Part shown: piece after piece, positions 34,528 through 43,345 of the stretch
Layout: the number at the start of each line of letters is the position of its first letter
How positions within the stretch are numbered: position 1 is the stretch's first letter
Assembly: GCA_963604655.1 (NCBI GenBank)
Contig: CAVCRP010000002.1
Span: 45,259-109,258 of the forward strand
Reading direction: 5' to 3'
Length of the DNA: 64,000 nucleotides
Origin: an uncultured Ruminococcus sp.
GTDB taxonomy: Bacteria; Actinomycetota; Coriobacteriia; Coriobacteriales; Coriobacteriaceae
The notes under the pieces: generated by a model
What the model was told of the DNA's origin: nothing
Seen by the model: only the letters and a program-made list of their open reading frames with translations
Database searches by the model: none
Made by a program: the position numbers and the translations under genes

Positions 34528-35958
34528 TCAGGTGGTTGTCGGGACATAGGGGTAGTAGTCAAAGCGCAGTGTCATAAGCCGCTGCGGGGATTCAATAGCC
34601 GCGGCGATGATATTGGCATCGCGGGCACGATCAAACCCTTCGAGTTCGATCTGATACGAGACGTCTTGCATAATGTCCAGACGTCGCCAGGCTAGAAGTG
34701 TGTCGCCATCGAATTCCAAGGTCTTGCCTCCGTCTGGGGCAACGGCGTATAGACGCAGTTTAGCGGTGGTTGCAGGGTCGACAACCGTGACCTTTTTAAT
34801 TTCGTTTCGAGTATTCTTGGCGCCCAACAAGGTGAGCAGTGTTGGGGCCACGACCTCGCCCGATGGCAAAAAGACGACTTCGATGGATTCGGGAAATGCG
34901 ATGATGGCCGACTTGCGGACGGGCTGATTGGCGGCGGCAACTTCGATGTTTGCAGCATCGATGACCTCTGTGTGGTCGAGGGCGGCAAGCACGCAGCAGT
35001 TACCTTCATCGATCTCCTGAGGATCAGCAAGTCCCAGACTGTCCGCGAGCTCGGGATCGTTTGGACCGGTAGCGGGCTCATTCGGTGCTTCGAAAGAAGC
35101 TGGGACGCTGTTTGTCGGCGACGGCGTGTCGCCCGCACCTGCTTCTTTGTCCGTGCTCTCTTCTTGTATGGTTGCGTTGATGGGTTCGTCGTTTGAGGGG
35201 AGCGTCTTGGCGTCAAGCGCGGAGGGGACAATCCCGACGGCTCCGGATCCGTTCCACTCCATCTCGAGAAGCGCCGGGTCGGCAAGAATGCGTTGCCTGC
35301 CTAGCGTGTGGGTATCGATCGCAATAGGGCCTGCCTCCGTCCCGCGCGTAAGGCTGAGCGATCCGGCCGGCTTCTCGAAATGAATGTCTGTGTCTTCGGT
35401 ACTGGCGGCGTAGAACAGCAGGGACGCTTCTCCCGCCGCGATGGCATCGGTGTCCGCCTTGGTCAGTCGCAGCGATGCCGTGAATGAGAGGGTGGGCTGC
35501 ACATCGTCTGCATTCGCGGCGGCGCAGCCCAGACATATACCGCCTCCTTTCTCGAAAAACGCACCGTCGAAGGCGACCTTCGCTCCGTTCGCCGAGTCAT
35601 CGACCGAAGCGATATCGATGCGCAACCCCAAATCGCACGGATCGCCATCTGCATCGAGCACAATCGAGCGCCACGTGCAGACGGCGCACCCCGCCTGGGA
35701 GCCGTTTGCCTTGTTCGAACGATTGATATCCACGACTATCGAGCCGTCCGTATTACGACGAAGGCATCCCGAGGTTGAGATTGCGGCCTGTGCGATCGAA
35801 AAACGCTTGCACGCAATGGCGCTCGACGGATTTGGTGCGGAGCTTAGGGCTGCTGGTAAGGAGCCTGCCATGACGGGGGTCGCCCAAGCGGCGACAGGCG
35901 TTCCGGTTGCGAGCGCGCCGCAGAGTGCGACGACGGGCAAAAGGTTCTTCGATGCCAT
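34528..35958 (-). CDS. secreted hypothetical protein (476 aa, Cys-containing)
   Basis: AAGGAGA SD. Signal peptide MASKNLLPVVALCGALATGTPVAAWATPVMA. I recognised no family. It is the last gene of the 37734->34528 operon. Confidence 0.6.
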   Translation of the reverse strand: MASKNLLPVVALCGALATGTPVAAWATPVMAGSLPAALSSAPNPSSAIACKRFSIAQAAISTSGCLRRNTDGSIVVDINRSNKANGSQAGCAVCTWRSIVLDADGDPCDLGLRIDIASVDDSANGAKVAFDGAFFEKGGGICLGCAAANADDVQPTLSFTASLRLTKADTDAIAAGEASLLFYAASTEDTDIHFEKPAGSLSLTRGTEAGPIAIDTHTLGRQRILADPALLEMEWNGSGAVGIVPSALDAKTLPSNDEPINATIQEESTDKEAGAGDTPSPTNSVPASFEAPNEPATGPNDPELADSLGLADPQEIDEGNCCVLAALDHTEVIDAANIEVAAANQPVRKSAIIAFPESIEVVFLPSGEVVAPTLLTLLGAKNTRNEIKKVTVVDPATTAKLRLYAVAPDGGKTLEFDGDTLLAWRRLDIMQDVSYQIELEGFDRARDANIIAAAIESPQRLMTLRFDYYPYVPTTT

Positions 35959-35976
35959 GGGGTCTCCTTAGCTAAT

Positions 35977-36258
35977 TTAGTGCGGCCTGTCTGTATTTCG
36001 TTTCTGGTTGCGTTTGATGTGCAGACCGAGGCCGGCGGTTCCCGCGCCTGCTGCCGTGGCGCCTGCTGTCAAGAGCCACCGTCTGTCGTCTGTCTGTGCC
36101 AACGGTTCCTCGCGGTTGCCGCGGTCGAGCTCCGAGAGGTCGACCGTCACTTGCGTGGCGGCCTGCGCCTGTTCTTGCTGGGCAAAGGCCATGGCTGGCC
36201 CAAACGCTAGGATACTGACGGCGGCGGCCAGGGCGACGGCCTTATGCCGTGTGCGCAC
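35977..36258 (-). CDS. small secreted protein with sortase-like C-terminal anchor (LAQTD + hydrophobic + basic tail)
   Basis: From GTG 36258 the signal peptide is (M)RTRHKAVALAAAVSILAFGPAMAFA|QQ. The C-terminus is PLAQTDDRRWLLTAGATAAGAGTAGLGLHIKRNQKR. The track start (TTG 36288) is an alternative. It overlaps the upstream gene end by 17 or 47 nt. Confidence 0.5.
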   Translation of the reverse strand: MRTRHKAVALAAAVSILAFGPAMAFAQQEQAQAATQVTVDLSELDRGNREEPLAQTDDRRWLLTAGATAAGAGTAGLGLHIKRNQKRNTDRPH

Positions 36259-36841
36259 CGGGCTCGACCGTCCAGGTGATCGTTGCAACCTGATCGCCTT
36301 CGCCGGCTACGCGGAAGATGTCGCGCGTGACGCGGGCGACGTTTCCGCTTGTCTTGAGCTTTATTTTGTCCGTGCCGCCGGCAATGCCCTGGTAGCCCAT
36401 GTCGAAGGCTGCATTCTTGGAAAGATCGAGGCCCGTCCCCTGCATTGCGGCGCTGGCGTTCTGGAGTGCGCCGTCGGGGCCGACCTTAAAGTCGATGGAG
36501 TTCTGCGCGGTTCCGGCCTTGGCGTCGGCGGCAATGGTCCAGGTGTTCATGGCGTCGATCTTCATGTTGGTGACATGGATGCCGTAGGCCGAATGATTGT
36601 CGATGGTGGTCGCGTCTTCTGAGGGGCCCTGAAGCGTGCCGTCGGCCTTGGCGACGAAGGGAATAACCGTCGGAACTTTGAACTCTACGTTGTCGATCTC
36701 GGTCCTGACCATTACTTTCGTGGTTCCAACGCGCCCGGCTGCCAGAGCTGGCGTCGGGGCGGCGCCCATTGCGAGCGCGAGCGCGAGCCCTGCGCCCACG
36801 ACGAGCGCTCTGGCTCCGTTCATGTTCCTGGTGATGTCCAT
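36242..36841 (-). CDS. secreted beta-rich hypothetical protein with two W-T-[IV] motifs (WxL-domain-like)
   Basis: GAAAGGAA SD. Signal peptide MDITRNMNGARALVVGAGLALALAMGAAPTPALA. Motifs ...HVTNMKIDAMNTWTIAAD... and the C-terminal ...GDQVATITWTVEPG are reminiscent of the two WxL motifs. Confidence 0.6.
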   Translation of the reverse strand: MDITRNMNGARALVVGAGLALALAMGAAPTPALAAGRVGTTKVMVRTEIDNVEFKVPTVIPFVAKADGTLQGPSEDATTIDNHSAYGIHVTNMKIDAMNTWTIAADAKAGTAQNSIDFKVGPDGALQNASAAMQGTGLDLSKNAAFDMGYQGIAGGTDKIKLKTSGNVARVTRDIFRVAGEGDQVATITWTVEPGAHTA

Positions 36842-36931
36842 GGTCGTTCCTTTCTATTCGCCGCGGGCCGTCCCCGCGATGATTGGACGAATGCTGGTGA
36901 ATTGCGTGCGGTGCCGCGTCGGCCGAAAAAG

Positions 36932-37441
36932 CTAGTTCTCGGCTTGCTCAACCCGTACCTTGACACGTGTCGGATTGCCGTGGCTGTCGAGGGTCTTGGC
37001 ATCGAGTGCCTGGATCTCGATGTATGCCTCGCCTTCTTTGATGTCGCCGGCGGGGCACGTCTCGATTGTCTTGCCGGTCTCGACCACACCGGATTCGTAC
37101 ATGGTCTCGTCGTTTTGGATGACGCGGAATCGCTGGGGAAATTTATTGTCTTGGACGTTTTGCACGTTGACGCGCAGCTTGCCGTCCTCCTGTAGCTGAG
37201 CGACCGGTGCGACCGAAATCGTCATCATGTTGTCGCGGACGATGGCATCGAGCTCATCTTGGATTTCTTGTCGCGATTTACCCTCTGCCGTCGTGACTGA
37301 GGCGCCCGCTTCGGGCACGGGCTGCGACTGCCAGGCGTATAGCCCTACGGCGATGAGGGCGCAGACGATAGCCAGGCAGACAACGACGAGTTTCTTGCGA
37401 CGCCCCAGTCCTGCGAGGCGGGGCGGCTTCTTCGCACTCAT
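36932..37441 (-). CDS. N-terminally membrane-anchored hypothetical protein
   Basis: MSAKKPPRLAGLGRRKKLVVVCLAIVCALIAVGLYAW (basic tail + TM), then a ~120-aa extracytoplasmic domain. ATGA overlap with the upstream gene. Confidence 0.6.
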   Translation of the reverse strand: MSAKKPPRLAGLGRRKKLVVVCLAIVCALIAVGLYAWQSQPVPEAGASVTTAEGKSRQEIQDELDAIVRDNMMTISVAPVAQLQEDGKLRVNVQNVQDNKFPQRFRVIQNDETMYESGVVETGKTIETCPAGDIKEGEAYIEIQALDAKTLDSHGNPTRVKVRVEQAEN

Positions 37442-37734
37442 GCGGCGTCCTTGGTGGTGTAGACACGTGCGAACGTGGACGGGTCCGCTCCAAAGAGCAT
37501 GTGAAGCATCAGGCGGCGCGAGTAGATGAGCTCGTCAAAGTCGTGAGGGAGCTCGATGTCGTGGATACGCGCGATGTGGTGGGCGAGCGCCGAGAACGAC
37601 TCGGGGTCGCAGATAACATCGGTGGTGACGTGGTAGACCGCCGTATCGGGGAACGCCTCTTCGTCGAAAGGCAGGAGATAGGGATCGTCGTCGACCTCGA
37701 TGGCGACGCCGTACTGGGGCCAGTAATATGCCAT
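37438..37734 (-). CDS. 98-aa cytoplasmic hypothetical protein, DUF559/Vsr-like endonuclease-fold remnant?
   Basis: Strong SD (GGGAGG, 6 nt) before the ATG at 37734. MAYYWPQYGVAIEVDDDPYLLPF...VYHVTTDVICDPESFSALAHHIARI resembles the ...lavEvDG...vlRvt..dv...p..v...I core of DUF559 proteins but lacks their N-terminal half. Confidence 0.45.
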   Translation of the reverse strand: MAYYWPQYGVAIEVDDDPYLLPFDEEAFPDTAVYHVTTDVICDPESFSALAHHIARIHDIELPHDFDELIYSRRLMLHMLFGADPSTFARVYTTKDAA

Positions 37735-38080
37735 GGGAACCTCCCTGCTTCTGGGACCAAAACTTCTATCGGTTTTGGCTGTCGACGCCGACCGTATCAG
37801 CCGCTACTTGACCAATTTCTGACCAAATGCTTGACGGATTGACATCTCCGCAGGTAAAAGGCAGTAAAAATTACTTCAACTTTTTTCGAGTGACATTTAC
37901 GCGATCGGCGACGGCGGGGCGATATGTGTCAAAAGCATCGTCTGCCGAGGAAATCTTGCCGCTCGCCGAATTGCACGAACGTAAAAATCGCCAATTATGG
38001 AGACGGTCTCGAACACGTCGACGAAACGATGCTGTAACATCTCCCTGCAAACACTGTAGTTAGCTAAAGGGGGAGTTCGC

Positions 38081-39682
38081 GTGTCTGCAACCATCAAACC
38101 CTTCACCGACGAGTTCGAAGAGTATGGCCGCGATGAATCTCGCGCATCGGGCGAAGCATCGAGCATCTCGTTTCCGACAACGGAAGACGAGGTCCGTGCC
38201 ATTTTGGAAACGCTCCATGCCGAGCGTGTCCCGGTAACGGTTCAGGGCGCCCGAACCGGCCTTGCCGCCGGTGCCGTGCCCCACGGTGGGCATATCCTCA
38301 ATACTTCCCGTATGAATCGCTACTTGGGCCTTCGCCGCGATGAACAAGACCAATTTCTGCTGCGCGTGGAGCCGGGCGTTGTGCTCTCGGAGCTGCGTAA
38401 GCAGCTGAGCAAGAAGGTACTGCCGACCGCTGGTTGGGACCAGGCATCGCTTGAGGCCTACGAGGAGTTCCAAGAGTCCCCCGAGCAGTTCTTTCCCACC
38501 GATCCCACCGAGGCATCTGCCTGTCTGGGCGGCATGGCGGCATGCAACGCCTCCGGCGCCCGCAGCTACGCTTACGGTCCCATGCGCCCGCATATCACGG
38601 GACTCCACGTCGCGCTGGCTGATGGCGATTTGCTTGAGCTTCAGCGCGGCGAGGCTTTTGCCCAGGACCGCCACCTGTCGCTCGTGACGGCAGCGGGCCG
38701 TACGCTCGAACTCGATCTTCCCGGCTATACCATGCCCGAGACAAAAAATGCCTCAGGCTATTTCGTTGCGGACGATATGGACGCCATCGACCTCTTTATC
38801 GGCGCGTGCGGCACGCTCGGCGTTGTCACCGAGCTCGAGATCGCCCTGCAGGCGGCACCTTCGGTCGTATGGGGTGTGAGTTGCTTTTTCGATAGCGAGG
38901 ACAAGGCGGTGTCCTTTACCGATTCCGTGCGCCCTGTCCTGTCCCATGCGGCTGCCATCGAGTACTTCGATGCTGGCGCCCTGGATATTCTACGTCGCCA
39001 GCGCGAGCAGTCGACGGCGTTTGCCTCGCTGCCGGCGCTCGACGACGAGGCAAAGGTCTGTGTCTACGTGGAGCTTGACTGCGACGACGAGGCGCAGGCG
39101 ACCGAGGAGCTGTACCACCTGGGATGGGTTTTGGAGCTTGCGGGCGGCCGCGACGATGCGACATGGGTCGCGCGCACCGAAGTCGATCGCGAATGCCAGC
39201 GGTTTTTCCGCCACGCGGTCCCCGAGAGTGTCAACATGCTCGTTGACGAGCGTCGCCGCACCGACCCCACCATTACCAAGCTGGGATCGGATATGTCGGT
39301 GCCCAATGCACGCCTTGCCGATGTCGTGGTCCTCTATCGCCGCACGCTGGCCGAAAGCGGGCTTGAGTCTGCTGCCTGGGGACACATCGGGAACAACCAT
39401 CTGCATGTGAACATCCTGCCGCGCGATGCGCAAGACTACCGTCGTGGTGGAGAACTCTTTGCCCAGTGGGCTTCCGAGGTCACGGCCATGGGCGGTGCCG
39501 TTTCTGCTGAGCACGGCGTCGGCAAGATCAAGGCGGGCTTCTTGGAGACGATGTACGGCCACGAGGCCATGGTCGAGTCGGCGCGTCTCAAACTCCAGCT
39601 CGATCCTGCCGGCCAGCTGGGTCGCGGCAACCTGTTTACGGAGAAGCTCTTGGATGAGCTCGTCCAGAAAGGGGGCGCGTGA
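38081..39682 (+). CDS. FAD-linked oxidase (GlcD / D-lactate dehydrogenase-like, LctD-like)
   Basis: GTG follows AAAGGGGGAG. FAD_binding_4-type N-terminus ...FPTTEDEVRAILETLHAERVPVTVQGARTGLAAGAVP... and C-terminal ...GGAVSAEHGVGKIKAGF... typical of GlcD-family enzymes. Confidence 0.9.
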   Translation: MSATIKPFTDEFEEYGRDESRASGEASSISFPTTEDEVRAILETLHAERVPVTVQGARTGLAAGAVPHGGHILNTSRMNRYLGLRRDEQDQFLLRVEPGVVLSELRKQLSKKVLPTAGWDQASLEAYEEFQESPEQFFPTDPTEASACLGGMAACNASGARSYAYGPMRPHITGLHVALADGDLLELQRGEAFAQDRHLSLVTAAGRTLELDLPGYTMPETKNASGYFVADDMDAIDLFIGACGTLGVVTELEIALQAAPSVVWGVSCFFDSEDKAVSFTDSVRPVLSHAAAIEYFDAGALDILRRQREQSTAFASLPALDDEAKVCVYVELDCDDEAQATEELYHLGWVLELAGGRDDATWVARTEVDRECQRFFRHAVPESVNMLVDERRRTDPTITKLGSDMSVPNARLADVVVLYRRTLAESGLESAAWGHIGNNHLHVNILPRDAQDYRRGGELFAQWASEVTAMGGAVSAEHGVGKIKAGFLETMYGHEAMVESARLKLQLDPAGQLGRGNLFTEKLLDELVQKGGA

Positions 39683-39684
39683 AG

Positions 39685-40500
39685 ATGAGTGATTTTCATA
39701 TGGTGGTGTGCGTCAAGGCGGTGCCCGGAAGCACCGAGGTCAAGATGGACCCCAAGACCAATACTATCGTGCGTGATGGCAAGCAGGCGGTCGTTAATCC
39801 CTTCGATGCAAGTGCTCTCGAATGTGCGCTAGCGCTGAAGGACGACTTTATCGGCTTTGGCATGGACGTGCGTGTGACGGTGGTGTCGATGGGCATCCCC
39901 GCGACCGAATCGCTGCTGCGCGACTGCATCGCCCGCGGTGCCGACGACGCGCTGCTGCTGACCGACCGAGCCTTTGCGGGCGCCGATACCCTAGCCACCA
40001 CCTATGCCCTCAAATGCGGCATCGAGGCACTCGATGAGGACTTTGACCTGCTCATCTGCGGCAAGATGGCAGTGGACGGCGATACGGCCCAGATCGGCCC
40101 CGAGCTGGCCGGCGCCTTTGGGGTCCCCTGCGTGACCGACGTGAGCTGTGTGCAGAGCGCGGGATTTACGACGTGTGGCTCGCTGGCGCTCGTTCACGGC
40201 TGCGATGCCGGCGAGGAGACGGTGTACCTGGAGATGCCGTGTGCGATGACGACCGCCAAGGAGATTGGCCAGCTGCGCATGCCGAGTATTGCCGGTATTC
40301 GCGCGGCCGAGGATGCAGACGTGCGTGTGGCCAGCGCTGCCGACGTAAACGCCGATCCCTCGCGTTGCGGCCTTGCCGGATCACCGACGCAGGTCGTGCG
40401 CTCGTTTGTGCCCGACCGTGACCAAACGTGCGAGGCCGTTGAGGGAACGGCGTCCGAGCAGGCGGTAAAACTTGCCAAGATTATCGAGGGGATGGCATAG
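39685..40500 (+). CDS. etfB: electron transfer flavoprotein beta subunit
   Basis: ...MVVCVKAVPGSTEVKMDPKTNTIVRDGKQAVVNPFDASALECAL... is the canonical EtfB N-terminus. The start is ambiguous (GTG 39679, ATG 39685 or ATG 39700). Confidence 0.9.
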   Translation: MSDFHMVVCVKAVPGSTEVKMDPKTNTIVRDGKQAVVNPFDASALECALALKDDFIGFGMDVRVTVVSMGIPATESLLRDCIARGADDALLLTDRAFAGADTLATTYALKCGIEALDEDFDLLICGKMAVDGDTAQIGPELAGAFGVPCVTDVSCVQSAGFTTCGSLALVHGCDAGEETVYLEMPCAMTTAKEIGQLRMPSIAGIRAAEDADVRVASAADVNADPSRCGLAGSPTQVVRSFVPDRDQTCEAVEGTASEQAVKLAKIIEGMA

Positions 40501-41706
40501 ATGAGCGGGCTGATTATCGATGGCGAAGCCTGTATCGGCTGCGGTCGCTGCGTTCGCGCCTGCGCCTCGGGCGGCATTGTGGTGGAGGGTGAGCGCCCCA
40601 ATCGCTGTGCCCGCGTAACCGACGGCTGTATCCTGTGCGGTGGGTGCGTCGACGCCTGCCCCGTCAACGCCATCTCGATTGAGCGCGACGAGGCCGCCGG
40701 CGCGGCAGACCTTGACGCATATCGAGACATCTGGATCTTCGTGCAGACTGACGAGCACGATGCCGTTGCATCCGTGGCCTTCGAGCTCATGGGCAAGGGG
40801 CGCGAGCTTGCCGATGCCCGCGGCTGCCGTCTGGTGGCACTGGTCGGCATGGGCCCCGAGGGCTCACTCGGGGACCTGGAGCATCTGATTTGCGCCGGTG
40901 CGGACGAAGTTCTGGTCTGTCGTGACGAGCGCCTGCGTCAGAACGACGCGGAGGTCTACGCCCGCTTGATCTGCGATTTGGTAGCCGAGCGCAAGCCCGA
41001 GGCCATTCTGTACGGCGCGACCGCCTTTGGTCGCGAGCTGGCGCCCGGTGTGGCCGTGCGCTTGCAGACGGGCCTTACGGCCGATTGCACGGTGCTTTCG
41101 ATGGATACGGAGACGGGTCTGCTGCAGCAGACGCGCCCGGCGTTTGGCGGCAACCTGATGGCCACCATTATCTGCCCCAACCACCGTCCTCAGATGGCAA
41201 CGGTGCGCCCCGGCATCTTTAAGGCGCCCGAGTTTGACTATAGCCGCTCCGGCACGATTGCCCAGGTATTCCTTGCGGAAGACGCCAAGGCTCGTGTCGA
41301 GATTTCGATTCCCGCTGAGGAATGGGGGCAGCAGGCTTCGATTGCCGATGCCGAGCGTCTAGTTGTTGTAGGTCGCGGTATCGGCTCCAAGAAAAATCTG
41401 CCCTTGATGCGAAAGCTCGCCGAGGCCCTGGGTGCCGAGCTCGGCTGCACGCGACCCGTCGTGGAGGCGGGCTGGCTGGAGTATCGCCACCAGATTGGCC
41501 AGACGGGCGTGTCGGTCTCACCCAAGCTCCTCGTGAGCATTGGCGTCTCGGGTGCCATCCAGCATCTTGCCGGCATCGGTGGGGCGGAGTGCATTGTCGC
41601 CATCAATGAGGACCCGGATGCCCCCATCTTTGCCGCCGCCCAGTACAAGGTCGTCGGCGACGCCGTCGAGGTCGTTGAGGAGCTGCTGGCCCAACTTGGG
41701 CACTAG
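40501..41706 (+). CDS. etfA: electron transfer flavoprotein alpha subunit with N-terminal 2x[4Fe-4S] ferredoxin domain
   Basis: CIGCGRCVRACASG and CILCGGCVDACPVNAI clusters, then the EtfA body ending ...GVSGAIQHLAGIGGAECIVAINEDPDAPIF (FAD-binding signature). Confidence 0.9.
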   Translation: MSGLIIDGEACIGCGRCVRACASGGIVVEGERPNRCARVTDGCILCGGCVDACPVNAISIERDEAAGAADLDAYRDIWIFVQTDEHDAVASVAFELMGKGRELADARGCRLVALVGMGPEGSLGDLEHLICAGADEVLVCRDERLRQNDAEVYARLICDLVAERKPEAILYGATAFGRELAPGVAVRLQTGLTADCTVLSMDTETGLLQQTRPAFGGNLMATIICPNHRPQMATVRPGIFKAPEFDYSRSGTIAQVFLAEDAKARVEISIPAEEWGQQASIADAERLVVVGRGIGSKKNLPLMRKLAEALGAELGCTRPVVEAGWLEYRHQIGQTGVSVSPKLLVSIGVSGAIQHLAGIGGAECIVAINEDPDAPIFAAAQYKVVGDAVEVVEELLAQLGH

Positions 41707-42515
41707 GCGCTTGCCAGCCAGCTGCGCAGCTCGTCCTTAAGGCGACTCCAGGTTGCCTGTGTGGCGGGGTCGGTAAAGGGGCGCGTGATACCAAAGGGCG
41801 CGTCGAGCAGGCGGTAGATATCGCCCTGCTCGCGCGCCAGCGCGCGGCTTGCGGGATAGACGAGCTCAAACATAAAGCAGATGAGCCCCACCAAGTAGTC
41901 TGCCGGCTCATCGCGTTCGTCGCGTGCAACGCAGCGGCGCTCGTCAAAGGCGGTGAGCGCCGGTGTCGAGAACCGGCTGGCGAGAAATGTGTCCTCATCA
42001 ACCTTGAGGATGGTGTCGACGGTGCTGTCGGCGATGGTGCGCATGATGTCGATCTTGTCGCCATCGCGCACGATATCGCAGAAGTTCCGCGTGCGGGTGT
42101 CGAGCTGCGCGGGTAGACGAAAATCGCTGTGATAGGCAATGCTCGCTCGGATGAGCTCATCTTCTGCCGGGTCATCGATAAAGTCGCGGATGCTCGTTAC
42201 GGCGGGTGCATCGGCGGGATTCTCGCCAAAGAGGACCTCGATGCCCAGCGCTGCATGGCTCATGCTCTCGGCGTCCTTAAAGGTGTCCCAGCGCCGCAAC
42301 TGCTCAAAGCGGCCCATATCGTGCAGCAGGCCGCAAAGCCACGCTAGGTCAATGTCCTGAGGTGACCAGCCCTGTTCGCGCGCCACGGCATCGCATGCCT
42401 CGGCCACGTGGTACGTATGCTCGATTTTAAGCGCGATACGCGGATTGACGGCATCGTAGGCATCGGTGTAGGCCTTGAAGGCCGCGGCAGCCCGCGTTCG
42501 ATCGATAGCTGTCAT
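41703..42515 (-). CDS. HD-domain phosphohydrolase family protein
   Basis: ...IEHTYHVAEAC...AWLCGLLHDMGRFEQ... provides the H...HD metal-binding motif. Confidence 0.8.
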   Translation of the reverse strand: MTAIDRTRAAAAFKAYTDAYDAVNPRIALKIEHTYHVAEACDAVAREQGWSPQDIDLAWLCGLLHDMGRFEQLRRWDTFKDAESMSHAALGIEVLFGENPADAPAVTSIRDFIDDPAEDELIRASIAYHSDFRLPAQLDTRTRNFCDIVRDGDKIDIMRTIADSTVDTILKVDEDTFLASRFSTPALTAFDERRCVARDERDEPADYLVGLICFMFELVYPASRALAREQGDIYRLLDAPFGITRPFTDPATQATWSRLKDELRSWLASA

Positions 42516-42652
42516 AATGACTTCCTAAAAAGTTGTGTCTTTCTGTGTCTTTCGATCCGGGGGCAATTGTAGGTGAACTCGGTTGCCATCGGGCGATGAT
42601 TCTGCCGCGTCGTTGAATGTGGCTCGGAAATCTTGTCGGGACGAGGAACGCT

Positions 42653-43345
42653 ATGGTGCTCAAAATCGTTAAAACCGTCTGGCCGGTGATGCTTACCTAT
42701 GTTGCGATAGGCGCGCCGTGCGGAATGATTATGGCGCAGACGGGGATGGAACCCTGGATGGTCTTTGCCCTGAGCAGCACGTTTGTGACGGGTTGCGGCC
42801 AATTTATGGTCTGCAGCCTGTGGCTGGCGGGTGTACCGGCGCCATCGATTGTCGCAAGTGTGGCCGCAATCTCCTCGCGGTTTGCGCTTTATTCGGCATC
42901 AATCGCACCGCATCTGAGGGGCGCCTCGAAGCGTCAGGCGCTGGCTGTCGCCGCGACGCTCACCGAGGAAGCATATGGCATCTCACTTGCCAAGTTGGTT
43001 AAAGGGGAGGATTGGGGTCCGCGCGAGTCCTTTGTGCTCAACGCGATCCTCATCGCGACATGGGGCGCTTCGTGCACGATGGGTGCCATCGTCGGCGCCG
43101 TTGTCGATGTTCCTACCGCTATTGCGGGTTTTGTCTGCACATCGCTCTTTATCTGCCTACTCTTTTCGCAGCGACTGTCGCGCGGCAATGTCGTAGCTGC
43201 CGGTTTGGCCGCGGTGTCCGTCGCCATATGCAAGTTCTTGGGGTGGACGAATATCGCCGTGCCGGCAAGCGTGCTCGTCGGCGTTGTCGCGGCGCTTGCG
43301 TGCGATGCTCTCGCTGAAGGAAGGGGTGATTGCGATGCCCGTTAA
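42653..43345 (+). CDS. azlC: AzlC family branched-chain amino acid exporter subunit
   Basis: MVLKIVKTVWPVMLTYVAIGAPCGMIMAQTG..., polytopic, followed by an overlapping azlD-like gene. Confidence 0.85.
   Translation: MVLKIVKTVWPVMLTYVAIGAPCGMIMAQTGMEPWMVFALSSTFVTGCGQFMVCSLWLAGVPAPSIVASVAAISSRFALYSASIAPHLRGASKRQALAVAATLTEEAYGISLAKLVKGEDWGPRESFVLNAILIATWGASCTMGAIVGAVVDVPTAIAGFVCTSLFICLLFSQRLSRGNVVAAGLAAVSVAICKFLGWTNIAVPASVLVGVVAALACDALAEGRGDCDAR

Noticed and set aside
37735-38080. ORFs 37827-38063 (+) and 37897-38202 (-) in the long leader before the FAD oxidase
   Set aside because: They have no SD and low-complexity or basic products, and one overlaps the oxidase start. The region is more likely a promoter and 5' UTR (TTGACGGATTGACA -35-like sequences at ~37829-37842).
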